The notes under the pieces were generated by a model. The model did no database searches. It was not told where the DNA came from and saw only the letters and a program-made list of their open reading frames with translations. Of a stretch of DNA of 64,000 nucleotides, positions 1-9,585 are shown piece by piece. Source of the DNA: an uncultured delta proteobacterium (lineage in GTDB: Bacteria > Desulfobacterota > Binatia > UBA9968); the NCBI GenBank assembly GCA_963727625.1, contig CAVSHR010000004.1, positions 32,001 to 96,000 on the forward strand, written 5' to 3'. The position numbers were made by a program, and so were the translations under genes. Numbering within the stretch: position 1 is the stretch's first letter; every line of letters starts with the position of its first letter.

Positions 1-196
1 CGCCGCCGCGGATCTGCACCGGTTCGATGTTCAAACCGTTCCTGGCAAAGAGGCCTGTGTCCTGGGCGACCCACACGGGGAGATGCGAAAAGGAAGTCGA
101 GACACCGTAAAGAATCCGTCTCGGCTGCTGCGAATGGGCCGGGGCTTGGCTTGCCAGCAATAGGACAACAATCGAAACTAACCGAGCAATATTCAT
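1..196 (-). CDS. ABC transporter substrate-binding protein (NMT1/THI5-like), 5' part; runs off the window
   Basis: Manual translation from ATG at 196 gives MNIARLVSIVVLLLASQAPAHSQQPRRILYGVSTSFSHLPVWVAQDTGLFARNGLNIEPVQIRGG. It has a signal peptide and the WVAxxxGxFxxxGL motif shared with other SBPs in this window. Confidence 0.8.
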   Translation of the reverse strand, partial: MNIARLVSIVVLLLASQAPAHSQQPRRILYGVSTSFSHLPVWVAQDTGLFARNGLNIEPVQIRGG

Positions 197-590
197 CAGT
201 GGGAAAGCGCTTTCTCCAGCGGTCCGTTGTCGCGGAAGAGATCGGGCCGATTCAAGATCTCTTTCGGCACCGGCCGTCGGTCCATGAGGTCATTTATAAC
301 GTTCGCGAGGCTATTGCCAGGCGCATGCAGAGCGGTTTGCACCCCTTCCGATAAGCTTCGGCGCAGCGGTCACCAGCGCCCCGGGACCGGGAAACTGCGG
401 TTGGCGGTTCTGTTGCCCCTGGTGATCAGCGAGCCGCCGCGAATTCGCACCGGATCGACAGCAAGACCGGTTTTTTCGAAGTAGTGGGTGACTTTTGCTC
501 GGCTACAGCGGCGAATGCGCCGGGGATCTGATCTGTGGTCGTGAATGCGACGAAGATCTTGGGCAGCTGCAGTAAAAGCTTAAGACCCAT
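195..590 (-). pseudogene. Collapsed, frameshifted substrate-binding protein relic
   Basis: Fragment YFEKTGLAVDPVRIRGGSLIT resembles the neighbouring SBP N-terminus. Fragment NVINDLMDRRPVPKEILNRPDLFRDNGPLEKALSH* is C-terminus-like and its stop overlaps the next ATG (TGATG). Internal stops and frameshifts are present. Confidence 0.5.
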
Positions 591-626
591 GGCGAGCGCC
601 GCGAAAAGTTTAATTCCAACCGAATT

Positions 627-1100
627 TTAGGACTTGCCAAAACAGTTTGCCTCCGCTGCTTCCTGATCGAAGGGCACGAATTGATTTGTTCCCGGACCGC
701 GGATCGCCGGTGTTTCACCGTCATCAAATAGCGCGGCGGCGCTGGCACCGGCACGCCCGCCGATCAGTCCGGGAGAGTGAGCCTCAGCGACGGTGGCGTC
801 TTTGTCCGAGCGGTTGAACGCCCAGTGAACCGTATTGGCCGGGATGCGATGGAAGTCGCCTTTTTTACAGAGATATCCTTGGTCTTTGACGAAAAACCAG
901 ATTTCGCCGTCCAGGACATAATTGATCTGTTCGGACTCGTGTTGGTGCGGCTTGGTGTGATAGCCCGGCCGTCTGGTGGCGATCATCAGGCTGCATTCGT
1001 TGCCGTAACCTTTGCGCACGACCATGGCGCCGGTGCCGGCTTCGCCGCTTTGGACGCGGTTGTATTCGGGAACATCGGTGCTTTTGACATGTAGGGACAT
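627..1100 (-). CDS. Cupin domain protein
   Basis: HTKPHQHESEQINYVLDGEI and HRIPANTVHW cupin motifs. Start taken as MSLHVK, which has GAGG upstream. Confidence 0.85.
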   Translation of the reverse strand: MSLHVKSTDVPEYNRVQSGEAGTGAMVVRKGYGNECSLMIATRRPGYHTKPHQHESEQINYVLDGEIWFFVKDQGYLCKKGDFHRIPANTVHWAFNRSDKDATVAEAHSPGLIGGRAGASAAALFDDGETPAIRGPGTNQFVPFDQEAAEANCFGKS

Positions 1101-1233
1101 AACGGTACCTCCTCGGACTTTAAGATTGAATGGCTTCCTTCGTATGACAGCTACAGCCATTGGTCAAGCCGCATGAGCGTGGTTTATTTCTTCCCTATAA
1201 GTTTAAGTGGGCGGGATGAACTGCCGTTGACAG

Positions 1234-1452
1234 GTGATGGCTTTGGGAAGTAAAGGGAATGGCGTGATGGCGGTGAAGTTACCCTTGCTGTTGCTGATCG
1301 TCCTCTTAGCTCCGGGTCTCGGCGACCGGGCGACCAGCGAAAAATTGACAATTGCCCACGTCGCGATGAATCCCAGTCAAGGTATGCTTCACTTGGCCAA
1401 GGATTTCGGGATACTGGCGAAGTACGGCTTCATCGACGGGCTGAATAAATAA
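1234..1452 (+). pseudogene. Internally deleted substrate-binding protein (N-terminus fused to C-terminus)
   Basis: Signal peptide plus AKDFGILAKYGF is joined directly to GFIDGLNK*. The intact SBP at 51192-52196 has AKDSGIFAKNGL near its start and ends SGFIDGLYKKK. Confidence 0.7.
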
Positions 1453-1468
1453 AGAGGAGGATTGAGTG

Positions 1469-1834
1469 ATGGCACAGATCCGGCATATTGCGATCAAGGT
1501 GGAGGACCAGGAGAAGTGCGCGGAGTTTTACAAGCAGACCTTCGGCATGACCGAAGCATGGCGCGGCCCGGTGCGCGACGACGGCAACCGAGCGATTTAC
1601 CTCACTGACGGTTACATCAACATGGCGGTATTGCCGGCGCGCGGAGGCCGGGAAGGGATCGATCACTTCGGCTTTCAAGTGGATAACATGGACGAGACGC
1701 TCAAAACTGCGCAGGCCACCGGCGCCAAGAACGAAGCGGACAAAAAGCCGCGCGACGGCCGTTTCGCCGAAATGGGCGTCCGCGACCCGGTGGGCCAACT
1801 TGTGGACGTCACCGTGCATGGCTGGAAGTCCTAG
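1469..1834 (+). CDS. VOC (glyoxalase/bleomycin resistance) family protein
   Basis: IRHIAIKV, FYKQTFG, IDHFGFQV and RDPVG motifs; GGAGG RBS. Confidence 0.85.
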   Translation: MAQIRHIAIKVEDQEKCAEFYKQTFGMTEAWRGPVRDDGNRAIYLTDGYINMAVLPARGGREGIDHFGFQVDNMDETLKTAQATGAKNEADKKPRDGRFAEMGVRDPVGQLVDVTVHGWKS

Positions 1835-2272
1835 CGTTTCGAGACGCGCGAAAAGATAATAAAGCCGCTCGCGCGCTAGTGTAGACCGCCGGGCGGTATT
1901 TTTGTACCCGGTCGCAGCGATCGTTTGTGCGTCGGTCGCTTAAGACAGGCATTTGGATAGCAAATTAAGGCAATGTCCATCAGTAGGTTAAGCGTCCGCT
2001 TTATGAGCTTGAATTGACCTGAATGACTGTAACGCGAACGGTCCCATTCGGCGCGGTGTAATGTCGGTACCGAGCTTCAACCATTCCAATTTAATCTCTG
2101 TTCGTCAAACCGTGCTTCCGGGTCGAGTGTGCTTACGATCGCTTGTCGCAGGATCCATTGAGACAAAAGTCTTCATTCACTCCGCTCACCGAAAGACTCC
2201 GAACAAATACAGTTTTGATGACAAACTGCCTGTCATTTTCCGAATTCCCGAGCTTTTCACGGTTCAGGATCG

Positions 2273-3292
2273 ATGATATTTTGCCTGCAACCAACTGCCG
2301 AGAGATCGTGCACTACCGTCGTGGATTCCTTCGAGAACAATGCAGATTTTGCGGCTAGCGCCGCGCGCGGCTTCATCGTCGGTGTACCTCGCTCTGGAAC
2401 CACGTTGCTCATGAACCTTGTGGCGGGGCACCCGCAAATCGCGCCGGTTTACGAGACCGGTTACTTGCGGAATCTCTTGCTGCTTTGCGAGCGGGTTTCG
2501 CGCGGGTCGAACGGCGGATGGCGCGAGAAAATCTTGTTCCGGATGGGCCGTCATCTTCCCGGCGTTGGCTTGGACAAGATCGCTAAACAATTCGTCGGCA
2601 AGGTGCTGCCCTACTACCAACCGACGAGCACGACCGAACGCGGTAAAACCAGGGACGAATTTTTTCCCTTCGGCAACCTTTGCATCGAATACAATTTTTG
2701 CGAGCTCGTGCGCGAGACTCAACGCTTCGTCGACGGTCTGGTGGCGGGCGACGGCGCGGCCATCGATCCCTTTGTTTTGGGCCGGCGCTACATCGACCGG
2801 CTGTTTGCGATTCATTGCTCGCGGATGAACCGGCCCTTCTGGGTCAACAAGACGCCGAGCCTGGTGCGCCGGCTTGATTTGCTGCGCAAGATGTATCCCG
2901 AATGTGCCATCATTCATATCCTGCGCGACGGGCGGGATGTGGCGTTGTCGACGGTTTCAATGCGGCAGGGCCCGAATAATGTGCGCGACGCGGCGCGCCG
3001 GTGGAAGGACATGATTCTAAGCAGTCGTCGTCTCGATCGTCATCACCGCTATCTGGAAATCCGGTATGAAAACTTGATTGACATGCCGGACCAAGCCATG
3101 GCCGCGGTTTTCACTTTGCTCGACGTAGAGGCGCGCGCCACCCTTAGCCTGCCCGGCTTGGAAATCTACCGGCATCGGGAAAAAATTTGGCGCGATGGCC
3201 TCACTAAGAAAGATAAAATCGAGTTTGCCAATGAAGCCGGCGATTTGCTCATCGAGCTCGGATATGAAAAAGATGATCGTTGGGTGAGATGA
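2273..3292 (+). CDS. Sulfotransferase family protein (start uncertain)
   Basis: 5'-PSB loop GVPRSGTT, 3'-PB ILRDGRDVALS and IRYENL motif. Confidence 0.85.
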   Translation: MIFCLQPTAERSCTTVVDSFENNADFAASAARGFIVGVPRSGTTLLMNLVAGHPQIAPVYETGYLRNLLLLCERVSRGSNGGWREKILFRMGRHLPGVGLDKIAKQFVGKVLPYYQPTSTTERGKTRDEFFPFGNLCIEYNFCELVRETQRFVDGLVAGDGAAIDPFVLGRRYIDRLFAIHCSRMNRPFWVNKTPSLVRRLDLLRKMYPECAIIHILRDGRDVALSTVSMRQGPNNVRDAARRWKDMILSSRRLDRHHRYLEIRYENLIDMPDQAMAAVFTLLDVEARATLSLPGLEIYRHREKIWRDGLTKKDKIEFANEAGDLLIELGYEKDDRWVR

Positions 3293-3459
3293 TGGCTGGA
3301 AACCTCCACGTGATTGTTTAGCGGAAAAGAACCGTAAGCATTCGCTGGCCCCATCGCCGATATCTGTGGGAGTGATTTTGATTCATCCATCAGACCTAAT
3401 GAGAGACGATCAGCTTAACTCCGGTTAGTCAAAATAATCTGATAATTTTTGGGGGGAAT

Positions 3460-4458
3460 ATGAAAGCTTTAGCAATAGTCCTTGCGGGGTTTGTCTATTT
3501 TTTAACTTCGCTGGTTTTGCCGCTGAGAGCCGCCGATACCAAGCTGGTGATCGCCCACGGCGCGATTAGCAATAACGTGGAGCCACTATGGATCGCCAAG
3601 GAGCAGGGCATTTTCAAAAAATATGGTTTGGACGTGGAATTGGTCTTCATCATTGCCGGGCGGGCGATGCAAGCGATGCTGGCGGGCCAAGTTCAGGTCG
3701 GGCTGGTCGGCGGCACGCATGTGACCAACGCCAACACGGCCGGCGGCGACTTTCGCATGATTTTGGGCTTGGAGAACCGGCTCGATTACCTCTTCGTGGC
3801 CAAACCGACGATTAAGAGCGGCGAGGATCTGAAAGGCAAGAAGGTCGCTATCGGCACGCCGTCCGGGTCGGCTTCGCTGGCGACCTATGTCGCCCTCAAC
3901 CATCTTGGGCTGGTGCCGCGGCGCGACAATATCGTCCTATTGGGTGTTGGAGGAGTACCCGAGCGCATGAGCGCGCTGCGATCGGGCGCCGTCGAGGCTA
4001 CGAGTTTATCGCCCGAAATCGGCCAAGTGATCGTGAGCGAGGGCTATCGCGTCATGGTCGATCTGGGAAAAGAAAACGTGCCGTTTCAGTCTTCCGGCCT
4101 TGTGGTGCCGCGCAGTCTGATCAAAACCAATCCCCAAATGGTCGAGAATATCGCCAAGGCAACCGTCGAGGGCACGGCGTTCGTGCATAACCCGGCCAAC
4201 AAGGAGATCGTCATGAAGAGCCTCGGCCGCAACCTGCGCCTGGATAAACCGGAGCGGCTGGAAAAAGCCTACCAAGGGCTGATTGCCGGGTTGCCGAAGA
4301 AACCATGCCCGTCGATGGAGGGCGTTGTCTCCATGCTCAAGTTGCTGGCGCAGTATCGACTCAATCCAAAAGCGGCGCAGGTGAAACCGGAAGATATCGT
4401 CGATATGTCCTACTGCAAGAGATTTGAAGAAAGCGGATTCTTCAAAAGACTGTACTGA
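3460..4458 (+). CDS. ABC transporter substrate-binding protein (NMT1/THI5/SsuA-like)
   Basis: Signal peptide; WIAKEQGIFKKYGLDVELV and DLKGKKVAI motifs. Confidence 0.85.
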   Translation: MKALAIVLAGFVYFLTSLVLPLRAADTKLVIAHGAISNNVEPLWIAKEQGIFKKYGLDVELVFIIAGRAMQAMLAGQVQVGLVGGTHVTNANTAGGDFRMILGLENRLDYLFVAKPTIKSGEDLKGKKVAIGTPSGSASLATYVALNHLGLVPRRDNIVLLGVGGVPERMSALRSGAVEATSLSPEIGQVIVSEGYRVMVDLGKENVPFQSSGLVVPRSLIKTNPQMVENIAKATVEGTAFVHNPANKEIVMKSLGRNLRLDKPERLEKAYQGLIAGLPKKPCPSMEGVVSMLKLLAQYRLNPKAAQVKPEDIVDMSYCKRFEESGFFKRLY

Positions 4459-4640
4459 TCTTTGCGCTGAACGATCCTTCTAGGGTTTTGCCGGCCCGAC
4501 AATCCCTTGCGCTCATTTCGCGCGCAGCGTATCCGCCGTTTTATCCGCGGTCCGGCCGGTGATAGGGTCTATGTTGACGCTAAAAACCAGATCGGATATT
4601 TTCGCGAAATTGTCGCAGAAGCAGAGGAGAATATTTTAGT

Positions 4641-6251
4641 ATGGCGTATTTTGATTTACACCAACACCTCAAAACTCTTGAGGAACACGGCCTCTTGAGA
4701 CGGGTCACGAGGCTGATCAACAAAGACACGGAGCTTCACCCGTTGGTCCGCTGGCAGTATCGCGGTCTGACCGAAGAGGACCGCAAGGCCTGGCTGTTTG
4801 AAAACGTCACCGACGCTAAAGGCAAGCGCTACACGATGCCCGTGGTGGTCGGCGCCTTGGCGGGCAAGCCGGAGATTTATTATCTCGGTATGGGTTGCAG
4901 CAGCGCAGCGGAGATGGACGCGCTCTGGAAGAAGGCCTTGGCTGAGCCGATCAACCCGGTTGCCGTGACCAAGGCAAAATGCCAGGAAGTGGTGATTCAA
5001 GGCGATGAGCTGGACAAGGAAGGCAATGGTCTGGATCGCTTTCCGGTGCCGATCTCCACCCCTGGGTTCGACAACGGCCCCTACACGACCTGCTCACACT
5101 GGATTACCGCGGATCTTGACACTGGAATTCAGAACATCGGTAACTACCGCGGCGAGATCAAAGCGGGACGGCGCGTCGGTGTGTTCCCGTCCGGATTGGG
5201 CCAGGACGTTTATCTGCATTGGAAAAAGGCCCAGGAAAAGGGTGTTCATCTGCCGGCCGCGTTGGTCATCGGCGCGCCGCCGATCGTGTCTTACGTCTCG
5301 GTGCAAAAAATTCCGTACGGTGTCGACGAGATGGGTGTGGCCGGTGGACTGGCGGGCGAGCCCATCCCCATGGTCAAGTGCAAGACCCACGACATCATGG
5401 TGCCCGCGGACGCCGAGATCGTCATCGAAGGATACTTGAACACGGAATATATCGAGCCGGAAGGACCGTTTGGCGAGTCGCATGGCTATATGCATCCACG
5501 CCAGCTCAATCCGTTCATGGACGTGACCGCGATCACCCACCGCAAGGACGCGATCTACGTTTCATGGCTCAGCCAGTTGACGCCCAGCGAATCCTCGGTG
5601 ATTCGCAAAATTGGCTATGATCGGCTGATGCTGGTGCATCTGCGTGACGAATGCCGCATCACCAGCGTGCTGCGCGTCGAGATGCACGAGCCGTTGACCA
5701 ACACTTACAAGTTGGTCATCATCCAAATGCGCCGGCCCAACGAAGCGGAAGTCTGGCGCGCTTTGCACGCCGCCTGTTCATTTCATCCCGGCGTCGGCAA
5801 GATCGTGGTCGCGGTCGACGAAGACATCGATCCGTCCAACGAGGCGGCGGTGTTTTGGGCGATGTGCTATCGCATGAAGCCGCACAAGGACGTGCAGATC
5901 TTCCCCGGCATGGAGAAGGGGCACGCCCCGCCTTTTCTCTACGAGCATGAGACCAAGGGCACCGACGTGGTTTCCTATCATTTGCCGGCGGATGAATCGG
6001 CGATGCTGTGCAACGCGATTCTCAAAGAACCTTTTCCTCCGGTTTCGCTGCCTAAGCGCGAATACATGGAAAACGCGCGCAAGATATGGGAAGAATTGGA
6101 GTTGCCCAAACTCAGACCGCAGATGCCCTGGTTCGGTTATTCGCTCGGTCAGTGGAGCGACGAGCTCGATCAAGAAGCTGAGCTTGCCGTGCAAGGCCGT
6201 CATTTCGAGACCGGCGAGAAACTCAAGGCCGGTAGAGTTAAAGTCAGATAA
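4641..6251 (+). CDS. UbiD family (prFMN-dependent) decarboxylase
   Basis: NIGNYR, VPADAEIVIEG, EGPFGESHGY and VDEDIDP motifs. Confidence 0.9.
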   Translation: MAYFDLHQHLKTLEEHGLLRRVTRLINKDTELHPLVRWQYRGLTEEDRKAWLFENVTDAKGKRYTMPVVVGALAGKPEIYYLGMGCSSAAEMDALWKKALAEPINPVAVTKAKCQEVVIQGDELDKEGNGLDRFPVPISTPGFDNGPYTTCSHWITADLDTGIQNIGNYRGEIKAGRRVGVFPSGLGQDVYLHWKKAQEKGVHLPAALVIGAPPIVSYVSVQKIPYGVDEMGVAGGLAGEPIPMVKCKTHDIMVPADAEIVIEGYLNTEYIEPEGPFGESHGYMHPRQLNPFMDVTAITHRKDAIYVSWLSQLTPSESSVIRKIGYDRLMLVHLRDECRITSVLRVEMHEPLTNTYKLVIIQMRRPNEAEVWRALHAACSFHPGVGKIVVAVDEDIDPSNEAAVFWAMCYRMKPHKDVQIFPGMEKGHAPPFLYEHETKGTDVVSYHLPADESAMLCNAILKEPFPPVSLPKREYMENARKIWEELELPKLRPQMPWFGYSLGQWSDELDQEAELAVQGRHFETGEKLKAGRVKVR

Positions 6252-6268
6252 ATAAATTAGCGAAGCTC

Positions 6269-6355
6269 GTTCAAGCCGTTCAAATCGTTCAAGTAGTTCA
6301 AGCCGTTCGCGGTTCGGACGTTTGAAACGATTTGCGCGGCTTGAACTTTTTGAAC
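6269..6355. repeat. Palindromic array of 9-bp GTTCAAnnn units followed by inverted TTGAAC units
   Basis: GTTCAA at 6269, 6278, 6287 and 6296; TTGAAC at 6341 and 6350. Lies between convergent genes. Confidence 0.8.
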
Positions 6356-6372
6356 ATCCTTTCTACGGAACG

Positions 6373-7626
6373 TCACGACCTGTAGCGCCACAGTTGCGGG
6401 ATGGCGAAACAGATGCCGAAAATCATCAGGAAACACAAAACACTTCCGATTAGGAGGGTGTTTGGGGCTCCCAAATACTCGGCGGCGATGCCGGCGAGCA
6501 AGGCACCGAGTCCGTTGGTGGTTTGCGCAAATACCGTGATTAAGCTCGCCGCTCGTCCGAGCATGCCGTCGGGCGCAAGCAGCTGTACGACGGTGCGCCG
6601 GATAGCCACGCTGATCGAATCGGCGAAACCCAAGATCATGACTGCTATGATGGCCATCCAGAACCATTGGGAGGCACCCAACAGAGCCAGGGAGGCGGCG
6701 AAAAACAGTGCCGCGATGATAACCAGGACTCCCTTGCGTTTGACATCGCCGGCCATGAGCAACACGACCGTGCCGATTATCGAGCCCGCCGAGGGCGCGG
6801 CGTAAAGCAAGCCAAGTCCCGATGCGCCCATCTTAAAAACATCGGCGGCAAAAATCGGCAGGATCGGCCGATAGAAACCGACTAGAACGACGGCAAAATC
6901 GAGCAAAAAAAGCGAAAGGATAATCCGCTGAATCCAGATAAATTCGATACCCTCGACGATGCTTTTTAAATTGACCCGTCTGCGCTGGCCGATGATCTCG
7001 CCCGAAGTGCGCACTGACAAGATCGCGATGGCCGCGGGTACGAAGAGCAACGTGCTGGCGAAATAGGCCGTTGCCAGCCCGCCGCGATCAATCAAAAAGC
7101 CGCCGATGGCGGGTCCGACGAGAAAGCTTGTTTGGAGGATCATGGTGTTGACCACCATGGCATTCATCAACAAATGTTGCGGTACCAGGCGTGGAATCAA
7201 CGCCGCCCGCGCCGGCCAATTGAAAACTTCGACGAATGCACTGACAAGACCGAGCGTGTAGATATGCCAAACCTGGGCGACGCCGGCGAGCGTTAAAATG
7301 CCCAACGTTAGGTTCGGCAGGATCTGTAGCGAGATCGTCGCGATCAGGAGCTTTTTCCTATTGAAGGCGTCGGCTACCGCGCCGGCGAACAGGCCGAAGA
7401 TGATAAACGGCAGGGTCTCCAAGAATCCCGTCAGGCCGAGCTTAAAAGCGGAACCGGAGATATCGTAAACTTGATAAAGCGTCGAGACGTTGCGAATCTG
7501 ACCGGCAAGGGAGCTCAAGACGCTGGCGACCCAAAGCAGCCGATAGTCGCGAATCAACAGAGACGACCAGGGGCGGACCGGCGCGTCCCGAGTCGCGCCG
7601 GAATTTATTTCTTCGGAGTTAGCCAA
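6373..7626 (-). CDS. MFS transporter (MFS_3/EntS-like)
   Basis: About 12 hydrophobic segments; AGAVADAFNRKKL motif A; PARAALIP. Confidence 0.85.
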   Translation of the reverse strand: MANSEEINSGATRDAPVRPWSSLLIRDYRLLWVASVLSSLAGQIRNVSTLYQVYDISGSAFKLGLTGFLETLPFIIFGLFAGAVADAFNRKKLLIATISLQILPNLTLGILTLAGVAQVWHIYTLGLVSAFVEVFNWPARAALIPRLVPQHLLMNAMVVNTMILQTSFLVGPAIGGFLIDRGGLATAYFASTLLFVPAAIAILSVRTSGEIIGQRRRVNLKSIVEGIEFIWIQRIILSLFLLDFAVVLVGFYRPILPIFAADVFKMGASGLGLLYAAPSAGSIIGTVVLLMAGDVKRKGVLVIIAALFFAASLALLGASQWFWMAIIAVMILGFADSISVAIRRTVVQLLAPDGMLGRAASLITVFAQTTNGLGALLAGIAAEYLGAPNTLLIGSVLCFLMIFGICFAIPQLWRYRS

Positions 7627-7741
7627 AGAGTTAAATCGAGACGGAGTGAGATTTGTGCAGCAATAAAGATTTGCGCAAAAGTTTAATTCGGAAATGGCGC
7701 GGGAGACGGCTGTTTTTCATCCGCCTCCCGCGGTCGGAATT

Positions 7742-8032
7742 TTACCGGTTGGCTGCCTGGTGTTTGTCCTCCAGGACGCCGCGTTGCTCGGCCTGGGCCA
7801 GCACGGCTTCGATGGTTTGAACCAACTTGCGCGCTGCTTCGACGCTCAACTCGACCGCCACCCGGGCGCCGGGTCCGGCGCTTTCGTTGACGAAATCGAT
7901 GTTGAGCGCGTGTTCGAGCGGCAGGTCATAAGGGTGATCGTAGGACACGTTGGCCTCGCGCACCTCGAACCAGTCCTGGCCGCTTTTGCCGCGCCCTTGA
8001 ATCTTCGCTTGATGAGCAATCATCGTGCACAT
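7742..8032 (-). CDS. Conserved hypothetical protein (DUF6295-like)
   Basis: MCTMI...G.GK...W...VSYDHP...EHALNIDF...ARVAVELS pattern; GGAG RBS; directly downstream of the dienelactone hydrolase. Confidence 0.7.
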   Translation of the reverse strand: MCTMIAHQAKIQGRGKSGQDWFEVREANVSYDHPYDLPLEHALNIDFVNESAGPGARVAVELSVEAARKLVQTIEAVLAQAEQRGVLEDKHQAANR

Positions 8033-8058
8033 GGTTGTGCTCCTCTCCTGGTTGAAAA

Positions 8059-8814
8059 CTACTTGAGGGTCTTTTCGCAGAAAGCAAGCAACTTTTTCCA
8101 GCCGTCCACCGCCTGCTCCTGGCGGTAGGCCGCGCGGTCGTAATAAAAAAAGCCATGACCGGCGCCGTCGTAGCGGTGAAATTCATAGTTCTTGCCATGC
8201 TTCTTCAGTTCGGCTTCGTGGAGATTGACCTGTTCCGGCGACGGCGATTTGTCGTCGTTACCGAAGATGCCGATCATCGGGCAGGAGAGATCTTTGGTGT
8301 AATCGATGGGCGCTACCGGTTGCTTGGGCGTGAGCTCTTCCTTCGAGGGGGCTACGCGTCCGCCCCAACATTCGACCAACGCAGAGAAACCCTTCAGCCG
8401 GCAAGCGGCGAGAAAGCCGTGGCGCCCGCCGGAGCAGGTGCCGAACACGCCGACTTTACCGCTTACGTAGGGGAGCGAATGAAGCAGCTTGCCGGCGCCA
8501 TCGAGATCGCCGAGCACCTGCTCGTCGGGCACGCCGCCGCCGGCGCGCACTTTGGCGCCGACGTCTTCCGCCGTCCCGTGGCCGTCGCGGAAATAGAGAT
8601 TTGGCGAGATCGCCACATAGCCATGGTGGGCAAATTTACGCGTGCATTCGCGATACCACTCGTCCCAACCGGGCGCGTGATGGATGACCACCATGCCCGG
8701 AAACGGGCCGGCGCCGAGCGGCCGCGCGACGTACGCGTTTATCGTGTCGCCTTTATGCCCCTGCATGGCGATGGTTTCAGCGATCATCCCTTCATATTGA
8801 TCAGTTTTATACAT
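8059..8814 (-). CDS. Dienelactone hydrolase family protein
   Basis: Nucleophile motif GTCSGG; YDGAGHGF catalytic His. Confidence 0.9.
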   Translation of the reverse strand: MYKTDQYEGMIAETIAMQGHKGDTINAYVARPLGAGPFPGMVVIHHAPGWDEWYRECTRKFAHHGYVAISPNLYFRDGHGTAEDVGAKVRAGGGVPDEQVLGDLDGAGKLLHSLPYVSGKVGVFGTCSGGRHGFLAACRLKGFSALVECWGGRVAPSKEELTPKQPVAPIDYTKDLSCPMIGIFGNDDKSPSPEQVNLHEAELKKHGKNYEFHRYDGAGHGFFYYDRAAYRQEQAVDGWKKLLAFCEKTLK

Positions 8815-9165
8815 CGGTGATTCCTCCTTCAGTTAGATAGTAAGATTTGGATTAGCCCTGTTTATACAAAAGCCAAATAAGGTGCAACCACAGAGTGTTT
8901 GCCGGGGTAATGAGGGGCGGGGCTGGCCCCGACTTTTGGACTTGCGTGAAAAGGGGCAATTGAGGTAAGCTTCCAGCAACTCATCAGTATGGGACCTTCT
9001 GATAGAGATGAAGAGTAGAGTTGAAGGTCTGAGGCGTCTTACCTTGTGATTCGGTGCCACGCGGACTATCCGACCAGAGCGTGTCTTACATTCCATGTTC
9101 TGCTTCCAGCGGTAATCAGGTTCTCAGGGAAAAGACCATAACGATTCTCAAGATAAGGAGAGCAC

Positions 9166-9495
9166 ATGAGCAGTAAAATTTACGTCGGCGGACTCCCCTA
9201 TGCGACCACCGACGCGCAGTTACAGGAAATCTTTTCGGCGCACGGGCAGGTTGAATCGGCCCGCGTGATTACCGATAAGTTCACGGGTCGTTCCCGCGGC
9301 TTCGGATTCGTCGAGATGGCGAATGACGATGAGGCCCAGAAAGCGATCCAGGCTCTCAATGGCACAGACCTCGATGGCCGGAATCTGACAGTGAACGAAG
9401 CCCGCCCGCAGGAAAGACGTTCGGGCGGCGGTTTCGGTGATCGGGGCGGCGAGAGACGCGGTGGTGGCGGCGGCGGCGGACGTAACCGCTGGTAG
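9166..9495 (+). CDS. RRM (RNP-1) RNA-binding protein with Gly-rich tail
   Basis: RNP2 IYVGGL and RNP1 RGFGFVEM; AAGGAG RBS. Confidence 0.95.
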   Translation: MSSKIYVGGLPYATTDAQLQEIFSAHGQVESARVITDKFTGRSRGFGFVEMANDDEAQKAIQALNGTDLDGRNLTVNEARPQERRSGGGFGDRGGERRGGGGGGGRNRW

Positions 9496-9521
9496 TAACG
9501 ATCAAAGCTTCATAGTCCGAG

Positions 9522-9551
9522 AAGGGGCGCTAGGTCGGGGCGCCCCTTTTT
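9522..9551 (+). terminator. Rho-independent terminator
   Basis: AAGGGGCGC/GCGCCCCTT stem followed by a T-run after the RRM gene. Confidence 0.8.
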
Positions 9552-9585
9552 AGTACCAACTCTTTCACTTTGTGGAATCTCGCCT

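Noticed and set aside
6269-6355. Possible CRISPR array
   Set aside because: The units are 9 bp with 3-nt linkers; there are no spacers and no cas genes.
6257-6667. 136-aa ORF ending NGLNYLNDLNGLN
   Set aside because: It overlaps the MFS gene in another frame, and the periodic tail is just the translated 9-bp repeat.
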